A DNA stretch of 33,678 nucleotides, taken from Pyrinomonadaceae bacterium (lineage in GTDB: Bacteria > Acidobacteriota > Blastocatellia > Pyrinomonadales > Pyrinomonadaceae). The notes beneath the pieces were generated by a model. The model saw only the letters and a list, made by a program, of their open reading frames with translations, was not told the DNA's origin and did no database searches. This document shows, in pieces, positions 18,715-25,109 of this stretch. The DNA lies in NCBI GenBank assembly GCA_014379795.1, contig JACMLC010000094.1:1-33678 (forward strand). The letters are read 5' to 3'. Within the stretch, counting starts at the first letter, position 1, and every line of letters starts with the position of its first letter. The translations under genes were made by a program, and so were the position numbers.

Positions 18715-19197
18715 CTACTCCACCTTGAAATCGGTTAAAGCCATCCGCTCGTCGAGCTTTTCATTCCTGATGTGAAACTCGATGTCGTAATCTCCCGCAC
18801 TCGGAATATTCACGTCTGCGACATAAATACCAGTCACTTTGCCGATGCGAGCTTTGATTTGCGCGACTTCCACGCCACCTTTGGCGCGTACGGAGAGCGT
18901 CACTTCCGCTTTCTCCACCGGTGTACCGTCTGAAAGATCGGTCAGGTGAATCAGAAACTGGCTTTGCTTTCCGGCTTTGAGAGGGTCGTACTCGAAGAAG
19001 TTTTCGATGCGGTTCGTAAACTCTGTACGAGCGAGGGCTTCCTCTTCAGGTTCGTCCTTTGCCTTCGGCTCTGCGCCACAAGCCCCTAAGCTGATTACCG
19101 CGAGCGCAAAAGCCATCAACATCATAAGACGACAGGCGGTAGTTTTTAAGGGCTTACTAAATGTGAATTGAAATGGCTTCAACAAACCGATCCTCAC
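18715..19197 (-). CDS. Lipoprotein with an Ig-like (YtkA/FixH-like?) domain; start uncertain
   Basis: 160-aa ORF from a GTG that overlaps the M56 stop by 1 nt (TAGTG). Alternative ATGs at 19125, 19122 and 19116. Lipobox ISLGAC. Beta-rich domain: FLIHLTDLSDGTPVEKAEVTLSVRAKGG...GDYDIEFHI. Confidence 0.6.
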   Translation of the reverse strand: MRIGLLKPFQFTFSKPLKTTACRLMMLMAFALAVISLGACGAEPKAKDEPEEEALARTEFTNRIENFFEYDPLKAGKQSQFLIHLTDLSDGTPVEKAEVTLSVRAKGGVEVAQIKARIGKVTGIYVADVNIPSAGDYDIEFHIRNEKLDERMALTDFKVE

Positions 19198-20279
19198 TAT
19201 TTAATAAACTGGATGATGGATTCTGCCGCCGTATGCACGGCGAGCGGCGCGTAGATGGCGGCTGCGAAGAGTGTCGTTGTAAAAACGGCAGCGATAAAGA
19301 GCGCCTCCGCATTTTGCGTTTTAGACAGTAGTCGGGCGTGTGCCTGTGTCGGCACCGCGTCGGCTAAACGGACGAGACGGCGCACGCGGCGCTCGACGCT
19401 TGGCGAATCGTCTGGAACAAACCCTGAAGCCAGAGCATCCGCCGGTCTGTTCTCGTTTGAGGTGAGAGTTTGCCGTCGCAGTTTGACAAGGGCGGAAGCC
19501 ACCTCCAGCGGAGCGGACGTGCGCCCTGCCGCTATCTCATCGCAGATCAACTCCACTTCCGCGCCGCGCCATCTCAGAATCAGACGCGAGAGCGGGAACG
19601 CAAGCGAGGCATAGCTTAGAGCGGACAGCAGTAGTTTTGCCAGATTGTCTCGACGCGTGTGGTGCGCCGCTTCGTGCTCAAGGACACCGGCTAACTCCGC
19701 CGGAGTCAGCGTGCGAAGCAGCCCGGAGGAGAGCACGAGTTTCGAGCGCCAGAAGCCCCACACGAAGGTGAACGGGTAGTCGCTCATCACAAGCCCAACG
19801 TCAAGGGCATGACGAGCCGCAGTTTGTTCGACAAGGGAGACTTGCCCCGGCGGCGGCGGGGCTGCATTCATTTCCAGTTTTTGAATCACCCGACCAACAC
19901 GCATGGAGCCGCGAATACTGGACCAGCACGCAAACAAGGCAGCACAGACCGCAAATGAAACGGTCGCGTAAGCAAGCATCGGATTAAGCTTTGCGGTCAA
20001 GTCGCTCAGGAGATGCAAGTCATGCAAGGGCGCGGTGTGCGCGGCGCGAAACGACGCTTCGCCGAGCCATGATTCAGGCAAGAGCGCGGTCGCGACGATC
20101 CACGCGGCTAAAACGGGCGGAAGAGCGAGCGTGACTGTGTAAAGGCGCGTTAAAGTGTGCGGATGGGGTTTCCAATATCCGTTCGCTGAGAGTGCTCGCG
20201 ACGACCAGGCGAAGACAAAGCCCACCAGCGCAAGCAGGGTGCTGAAGAGAATGAAATTTTCGACGGCTATAATAAACAC
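19197..20279 (-). CDS. M56-family (BlaR1/MecR1-like) membrane metalloprotease lacking an extracellular sensor domain
   Basis: 360-aa ORF. Several TM segments. Zinc motif HEXXH within LEHEAAHHTRRDN. The protein ends 12 aa after the last TM (ALFIAAVFTTTLFAAAIYAPLAV). No penicillin-binding-type domain. Confidence 0.85.
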   Translation of the reverse strand: MFIIAVENFILFSTLLALVGFVFAWSSRALSANGYWKPHPHTLTRLYTVTLALPPVLAAWIVATALLPESWLGEASFRAAHTAPLHDLHLLSDLTAKLNPMLAYATVSFAVCAALFACWSSIRGSMRVGRVIQKLEMNAAPPPPGQVSLVEQTAARHALDVGLVMSDYPFTFVWGFWRSKLVLSSGLLRTLTPAELAGVLEHEAAHHTRRDNLAKLLLSALSYASLAFPLSRLILRWRGAEVELICDEIAAGRTSAPLEVASALVKLRRQTLTSNENRPADALASGFVPDDSPSVERRVRRLVRLADAVPTQAHARLLSKTQNAEALFIAAVFTTTLFAAAIYAPLAVHTAAESIIQFIK

Positions 20280-20294
20280 TATGAACGCCTTTGC

Positions 20295-20744
20295 TTACTC
20301 GCTCGTGCTCTTACCTAGCTCGCGCCGTTTTTCCCGGATCATCTCTTCGAGCTGATTGAGCGCGCCCGCATCCTCACCAACCAGATCAACGAAAGCGGAA
20401 AGCGCGGGTTCCGTGAATTGACCGAGGAGCGCGCCCAAAACTTCCTGCGCCACGCCGCGCTCGAACTCTTCGCGCGTGTAGCGCGGCGTATAGACAAACG
20501 CCTTGCCCTGCTTCTCGCGCAAGAGATACCCTTTGCGGTGCATCCGGTCGAGCGTCGTCAACACGGTGGTGTGCGCGCTTCCGCGCCGCTGCCGCAGGTG
20601 TTCTTCGACCTCGTTGACGGTCTGCCCGGGAGCGCGCCACAGCACTTCCATGACCGCCGTCTCAAGCTCGCCGAGCACATGACCTGCGCCACGCGCGCCG
20701 GGCTTGAAACCGCGAAGTGTGATTTTAGGGTGAATACGATGCAT
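20295..20744 (-). CDS. BlaI/MecI/CopY-family winged-helix transcriptional repressor
   Basis: The ORF track starts at 20861, which runs through the promoter. The ATG at 20744 gives MHRIHPKITLRG...; an alternative GTG at 20678 gives (M)LGELE. Family pattern LGELETAVMEVLW...TVNEV...AHTTVLTTLDRMHRKGYLLREKQGKAFVYTP. No C-terminal CxCxxxxCxC motif. Confidence 0.85.
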   Translation of the reverse strand: MHRIHPKITLRGFKPGARGAGHVLGELETAVMEVLWRAPGQTVNEVEEHLRQRRGSAHTTVLTTLDRMHRKGYLLREKQGKAFVYTPRYTREEFERGVAQEVLGALLGQFTEPALSAFVDLVGEDAGALNQLEEMIREKRRELGKSTSE

Positions 20745-20786
20745 CAGAATATTTTCCCCTTCTCTGGACAACAAGGGAGAGAGCAG

Positions 20787-20820
20787 AGTATAAGAACCCA
20801 CATTAACTATTGTCAATAGT
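20787..20820 (-). promoter_or_regulatory. Sigma70-like promoter with an overlapping 15-bp perfect palindromic operator (copy A)
   Basis: Palindrome ACTATTGTCAATAGT (20806-20820). On the minus strand it contains the -35 TTGACA (20816-20811), followed by an 18-bp spacer and TATACT (20792-20787). Confidence 0.65.
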
Positions 20821-20868
20821 CGAAAAGCAAGAGGAGCAAAACCGGTCTCAGAGAAACGCATCTACACT

Positions 20869-21288
20869 ATGTTAATCGCACTCTTAACACTCTTCTTGTG
20901 GAGCTTTCTCGCCGCCACGGTGCTGCCGCTCAGCTCGGAAGCCCCTCTCATCGTCTACGTGCGCTCCTACCACCAGATAACGATTCCGGTGCTGGTGGCG
21001 ACTGTCGGGAACTACTTTGGCGCATGTACGACCTACTGGCTCGCACGGCGCACGGCTCAGGCTCTTGGCAGAGGACAGGAGGCGGCGAACAGTACGACTC
21101 GAAGCGCCAGGCTCATGCGTCGTTTCGGCCAACCCATCTTACTCCTCTCATGGGTGCCGGTCCTCGGCGACGCGCTTGTCGCCCTTGCCGGCGCGATGAG
21201 AATGCCTTTCGGGGTCTTCTCGCTCTGGATAGCCATCGGCAAGGGGCTTCGCTATCTGGCAGTGGCGTGGGCGGCTTCCGCCGTGTAG
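20869..21288 (+). CDS. YqaA-family (DedA-related) small inner-membrane protein
   Basis: 139-aa ORF. From memory it is collinear with E. coli YqaA: FLAATVLPLSSE..., GNYFG, LLLSWVPVLGD, AIGKGLRYLAVA. Divergent from the blaI-like gene, 48 nt from the palindrome. Confidence 0.8.
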   Translation: MLIALLTLFLWSFLAATVLPLSSEAPLIVYVRSYHQITIPVLVATVGNYFGACTTYWLARRTAQALGRGQEAANSTTRSARLMRRFGQPILLLSWVPVLGDALVALAGAMRMPFGVFSLWIAIGKGLRYLAVAWAASAV

Positions 21289-21441
21289 AGAAGATACAAA
21301 GCGCCACTCAACGCCATTATTACGGCCTCGCTCAGAAAGATGCGCCGGACACGCTTTTGTCCGCAGCCGGGACGGACAAAGCCGGAGTCATGACACGTCC
21401 GAGAAGCTCAGACGCTGCATGACAGCAGAAGGTTTATTCCC

Positions 21442-22065
21442 CTATACCACACGCTTGATGCTACGGTACTGACCGTTGGTCTTGAGCGTGATGGTTACTT
21501 CCGTCTCGGTGCGATTGCGCCAAAACCAACCGTGATTACCATCAAAGGGAGCGATCAGCTCGCCCGAGTCACGTTCGACCGCTCTGCCCTTGCTGAAGCT
21601 GTGGGAGGCGCCGCCCGGGCCATCCCCGTGAGTGTCATGATTTACGGGGCCGCCGGCGCTCGCCCATTCGTAGCTGGCTTTTGCGTCCTTCGACATCTCC
21701 AGCTTAATTTCGGCGCCCTCGCCGGGCTTTAGCGTGACGGTCATCTCGTCCTTCCTCAAAGCGCCGTCAGCCCCCTTCGGCGTCTGGGAAAGGGCGGTAG
21801 AAGCATCCGCTGATTGCTCAGGGGCAGGCCGTGAAGCGCCGGCAGTTCTATCCTTTTCAGCCTCGGCAGCTAGGGCCATTTTAATCTCACCCATTTGTGT
21901 CAGCCCGAGCACTCGGCCAATGCGGGTCGGGTCAATGCCATACTCACTTGGCAAAACAACTGTCACGAGGAGCACCGTGGCAACGATCATGGCAATGACG
22001 GTCGAACGCAGAAGTTGCTTGCTGCTGGGCAATTCGGCGCGGGTTGGAAGGTCGCTGTTATACAT
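21442..22065 (-). CDS. Single-pass membrane-anchored protein of unknown function, co-transcribed with HupE/UreJ
   Basis: 207-aa ORF. TM helix STVIAMIVATVLLVTVVLP, an Ala/Pro-rich linker, and a C-terminal beta-rich domain with His residues (VNHDTHGDGPGGASH, FDGNHGWFW). Starts 34 nt downstream of the hupE-like stop. Confidence 0.6.
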   Translation of the reverse strand: MYNSDLPTRAELPSSKQLLRSTVIAMIVATVLLVTVVLPSEYGIDPTRIGRVLGLTQMGEIKMALAAEAEKDRTAGASRPAPEQSADASTALSQTPKGADGALRKDEMTVTLKPGEGAEIKLEMSKDAKASYEWASAGGPVNHDTHGDGPGGASHSFSKGRAVERDSGELIAPFDGNHGWFWRNRTETEVTITLKTNGQYRSIKRVV

Positions 22066-22099
22066 AAAAATTTTCCTCGAAATTATTAGTCCTTGAATT

Positions 22100-22834
22100 T
22101 TATGAGACGAAATAGCCGGTGAGCTGGTAGCCGATGAGCATGAAACCGGCGATCATCATGATGACATTGGCGGTGTAAGCGTGTCGCAGAAAGCTGTCAG
22201 TGCGTCGCCAGTAGCCCATCACGATCAGGATCGTGGCGAGCGCCAGCAGTTGACCGATTTCGACGCCCACATTGAAAGCCAGCATATTGGGTATCAAGCC
22301 GTCCCTAGATAGCTCATACTCCTGAATCTTCGTCGCCAAACCGAAGCCGTGGAAGAGGCCGAAGATGAGTGTCGCCGCTTTTGTATTCGGCTGCACACCG
22401 AACCAACGCTGGAAAGCGCCGATGTTGTCGAGCGCCTTGTAGACGACCGATAGACCGATGATCGCGTCAATCAAGTAGCCGCTGATATTGGTGCCGAAGT
22501 AGACTCCCAGCAGCATCGTCGAAGAATGACCGATGGCAAAGAGGCTGACGTACACGCCGATGTCCTTGAGCTTGTAGAGGAAGAAGATCACACCTAACAG
22601 AAAAAGGATGTGGTCGTACCCTGTGAACATGTGCTTAGCGCCAAGATAAATGAAGGGCAGGATATTCACTCCGGTGATTTCCTGGATGTAACCCTTGTCC
22701 CCTTCGGCAACGCCGTGGGCATAAGTTGTGGCGCTAAATAGAAAAAAGCAGAACAGGCCAGCGAACACTGACAAGACGGAATACTGTCGTCGCGCACACG
22801 ACCAGCGCCGTCTCAATGAAAGCGGTAAATGCAT
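22100..22834 (-). CDS. HupE/UreJ-family metal (Ni/Co-type) transporter
   Basis: The ORF track starts at 22870, but the ATG at 22834 follows GGAGA (SD, 5-nt gap). The signal peptide ends FSATTYA, then HGVAEGD, which would leave a mature N-terminal His typical of the family. Motifs GYDHILFLLGVIFF and FHGFGLA. Confidence 0.85.
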   Translation of the reverse strand: MHLPLSLRRRWSCARRQYSVLSVFAGLFCFFLFSATTYAHGVAEGDKGYIQEITGVNILPFIYLGAKHMFTGYDHILFLLGVIFFLYKLKDIGVYVSLFAIGHSSTMLLGVYFGTNISGYLIDAIIGLSVVYKALDNIGAFQRWFGVQPNTKAATLIFGLFHGFGLATKIQEYELSRDGLIPNMLAFNVGVEIGQLLALATILIVMGYWRRTDSFLRHAYTANVIMMIAGFMLIGYQLTGYFVS

Positions 22835-22850
22835 AACAATCTCCGAAGAT

Positions 22851-22925
22851 TTATGGAATTGTGGCCGCATTCAGCAGCCGAAAACAGACAAGGGAGAAGT
22901 GTATTTTAGGGTGAATACGACGCAT
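22851..22925 (-). other. 24-codon upstream ORF (MRRIHPKIHFSLVCFRLLNAATIP) paralogous to the first 8 codons of the blaI-like gene
   Basis: My own translation. The ATG at 22925 is preceded by AGGAG with a 7-nt gap. The first 8 codons match MHRIHPKI at 20744. Whether it is translated is unknown. Confidence 0.3.
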
Positions 22926-22965
22926 CGGGATACTCCTATATCTGGACCTCAAAAGGAGAGGGCAG

Positions 22966-23000
22966 AGTATAAAGCTCCTATCAACTATTGTCAATAGTTG
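22966..23000 (-). promoter_or_regulatory. Sigma70-like promoter with an overlapping 19-bp perfect palindromic operator (copy B)
   Basis: Palindrome CAACTATTGTCAATAGTTG (22982-23000). The minus strand reads -35 TTGACA (22994-22989), a 17-bp spacer, then TATACT (22971-22966). Confidence 0.7.
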
Positions 23001-23248
23001 TAAGAAAGGCAGGTTGGGAGATGGAACTCCTACTCTTCTCTGCCCTCAGCATTTCATTGCATTGAGCGTAGCATCGCCGGTCTTATGATAGGAATCGTTG
23101 GAGTCGTCATGATAAAGTTCGTGTTGGTGATGACCTCGCGCAAATTCTCCGTGGTGATGAATTTCCGTCCGGTAGAGCAAGCAGTCTCTCTTACGTTCCT
23201 GTGTTTGAGGTGTAGCTGAATAGTAGGCTTGCCGCAGCTAACTTTATA

Positions 23249-23914
23249 ATGGCATCCATGCAGAAGCGGAAAGACAATTATATCCCGGCACTTTCCTATG
23301 ACGGGTTAACTCCGCTGTACGATTCACTCATCCGCTGGACCACACCTGAGCAGACTTTTAAGCTCCGTCTCATCGAGCAGGCTCGGATCACCAGAAATCA
23401 TCGCGTCCTCGACCTCGGCTGCGGCACGGCGACGCTTACTCTCCTTATCAAGGAAACGCATCCTGAAGCTGCGGTGGTCGGGTTGGACGGCGACCCCAAA
23501 ATTCTTCAAATCGCGGGACGGAAAGCTCTTGCAGCCAGACTAGACATTACTTTCAATCAAGGCATGTCTTATGATTTGCCATACCCTGATGCCCCCTTCG
23601 ACCGCATACTCTCAAGCCTTGTCATTCATCATTTGACGCATGAAAACAAAATCCGCACGCTTAACGAAGTGCATCGGGTTCTGAGCGACGGCGGAGAGAT
23701 GCACATCGCAGACTTCGGCAAACCGCATAATGCGTTAATGCTCGCGGCATCACTGCCTTGGCGGATGTTCGACGGCATGGAAACGACTTCAGACAACGTG
23801 CAGGGCGCGCTGCCGGAGATGATGCGACGCGCAGGGTTTATAGAGGTCCACGAATCAGCCCGTTACATGACGCTGTTCGGCACACTTTCGCTGCATGTGG
23901 CGCGAAAGCCTTAA
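23249..23914 (+). CDS. Class I SAM-dependent methyltransferase
   Basis: 221-aa ORF. Motif I VLDLGCGTATLT, post-I VVGLDGD, then FDRILSSLVIHHL and GGEMHIADF. Confidence 0.85.
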   Translation: MASMQKRKDNYIPALSYDGLTPLYDSLIRWTTPEQTFKLRLIEQARITRNHRVLDLGCGTATLTLLIKETHPEAAVVGLDGDPKILQIAGRKALAARLDITFNQGMSYDLPYPDAPFDRILSSLVIHHLTHENKIRTLNEVHRVLSDGGEMHIADFGKPHNALMLAASLPWRMFDGMETTSDNVQGALPEMMRRAGFIEVHESARYMTLFGTLSLHVARKP

Positions 23915-24211
23915 CTTAACAAATGCTATTTGCTCTGCCACTCGGGCGAGAGCTTTTTGATCCGGATGCTTCCGATGAGTTGTACAACAATCAGCGTGAG
24001 ATGTACGCCCATCAAGAGCCATGCGGGTGGTCGAGCGGGTCGGCAGAATCCATCAAAGGACATATGGCAATCGCGGCGCACAGATGATCTTCTGAGATCT
24101 GGCCATACCCAAAGGGCGCGGCGGCGTGACTAAAGCAGATTCCGCGACTGGTCTATCGGCGGCTGTTGAATGGGTGGGAGATGAGACGGCGGCGCGAGCG
24201 CGCTTTGATGT

Positions 24212-24505
24212 TTAATGCATCACCCACTGGGCATTGGAAACAAGACATACGCCCCCACGTTTTCTCAGTAAAGGACGAATGGCTTCGACAATCTCTTCGA
24301 CTTGCTCCGGCGGGCACGTCGTTAACAAGTAACTGTTCTTGAAAACGTCGGTTAGATCGTCGCCGGATTGGACGCCGCGCTCGCCCTTACCGGTGACATC
24401 TTTGATGACGGTATATCCCGAAACTCCATGAGCCTCTAACAGCGCAATGACCGCTCGCATTTCCAGCGCGTCCGTGATGATTTCGATTCTTTTGATGACT
24501 TGCAT
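24212..24505 (-). CDS. P-II-like signalling protein (SbtB-like)
   Basis: The ORF track starts at 24517, but the ATG at 24505 follows GGAGA and sits just after the upstream stop (TAG at 24510-24508). The sequence IKRIEIITDALEMRAVIALLEAHGVSGYTVIKDVTGKGERGVQSG is collinear with the P-II/SbtB pattern as I recall it. Confidence 0.75.
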   Translation of the reverse strand: MQVIKRIEIITDALEMRAVIALLEAHGVSGYTVIKDVTGKGERGVQSGDDLTDVFKNSYLLTTCPPEQVEEIVEAIRPLLRKRGGVCLVSNAQWVMH

Positions 24506-24507
24506 TT

Positions 24508-24636
24508 CTATCTCCACAGGATGTTAATCACGCTCATGTAGAGCGGAAGTCCAACGATGATGTTGAAGGGGAAAGTCAGCGCTAGAGCCATCGTCACATA
24601 CAGGCCAGGGTTCGCTTCGGGAATCGCCAGCCGCAT
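24508..24636 (-). pseudogene. 3-prime fragment (last ~42 codons) of a membrane permease gene, probably SbtA/DUF897-type, truncated at the IS remnant
   Basis: My own translation: ...[39 protein letters not shown], then a stop. Hydrophobic C-terminal TM. The coding frame is lost where IS256-transposase similarity starts on the opposite strand. The family is assigned only from its pairing with the P-II gene. Confidence 0.45.
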
Positions 24637-24925
24637 CACCCCGTTCTTCGCGTATCCTGAGGAGATTCGGAGAGTGATCTACACGACCAATGCGATTGAA
24701 TCAGTGAATATGTCTTTACGGAAGAGCATTAAGAATCTCGGGTCGTTCCCGACCGATGAGGCGACGATAAAGTTGCTCTACCTGGCGTTACAGAATGTCA
24801 GCCGGAAGTCGACGATGCCGATCAAAGAATGGAAGGCGGCGCTGAATCGCTTTGCGATTCTGTTCGAGGACCGGATGCCTGTCCTCTAGTGATGATCATT
24901 TACACAAACCTCTTGACACGCCCTC
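24637..24925 (+). mobile_element. IS256-family insertion sequence remnant (C-terminal ~85 codons of the transposase plus the right terminal repeat)
   Basis: The translation [80 protein letters not shown] matches the conserved IS256 transposase C-terminus (YTTNAIES motif). The N-terminal ~300 codons are absent. The downstream end ATTTACACAAACCTCTTGACACGCCC (about 24898-24923) resembles the IS256 right inverted repeat (TTTTACACAA...). Boundaries are approximate. Confidence 0.8.
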
Positions 24926-25109
24926 ACGCTCTGACCTTTTCATTTAAGATGCGTTCGCACTACCCACTACCGAAAATATGTTGCCGCGCTGCCGCAGAGT
25001 TTGTTATCCTCCCCGCATCGCTTCAGTCTTCACGGTGCGTCTCTACGCGACTCTTCAGATTCGCGCCGACTCAGCATTTCTATTTCCTTCACTCTGTGAG
25101 GTATCCTCA

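Noticed and set aside
21356-21380. 8-bp-stem hairpin (TTTGTCCG...CGGACAAA) between the convergent yqaA-like and membrane-anchor genes as a terminator
   Set aside because: The stem is short, the loop is 9 nt and there is no U-tract on either strand. Too weak to call.
20898-21422. 174-aa alternative-frame ORF overlapping the yqaA-like gene
   Set aside because: It is an Arg/Gly/Ser-rich sequence without features. The 20869-21288 frame matches the YqaA family along its whole length.
23046-23237. Open minus-strand frame encoding a His-rich peptide (TEIHHHGEFARGHHQHELYHDDSNDSYHK...), just upstream of the hupE-like promoter
   Set aside because: It is tempting in a metal island. But it has no ATG or GTG start, only a TTG at 23180 with a weak, distant AGGAA, and no promoter was seen. 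It may be a relic of a degraded gene. Ribosome profiling or proteomics would be needed to revive it.
23926-24063. 45-codon minus-strand ORF (MSFDGFCRPARPPAWLLMGVHLTLIVVQLIGSIRIKKLSPEWQSK) downstream of the P-II gene, and the plus-strand ORF 23930-24133
   Set aside because: The small ORF has one hydrophobic helix but no SD and no recognisable family. The plus-strand ORF is Arg/Ser-rich with no features. Evidence is insufficient to call either.
24913-24918. Outward-facing TTGACA in the IS256 remnant end as a hybrid promoter for the VioB-like gene
   Set aside because: IS256 is known to create hybrid promoters. But I found no acceptable -10 hexamer at 16-19 bp (CTTTTC/TTTTCA), and the ATG is ~190 nt away. 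Unsupported.
24978-25109. 44-codon N-terminal extension of the VioB-like ORF given in the ORF track
   Set aside because: The extension (MLPRCRRVCYPPRIAS...) has no SD. The ATG at 25110 has a GAGG SD and reproduces the conserved family N-terminus MS.LD.PR. Similar over-extended starts were trimmed at 7010, 10021, 20861, 22870, 24517 and 32278.
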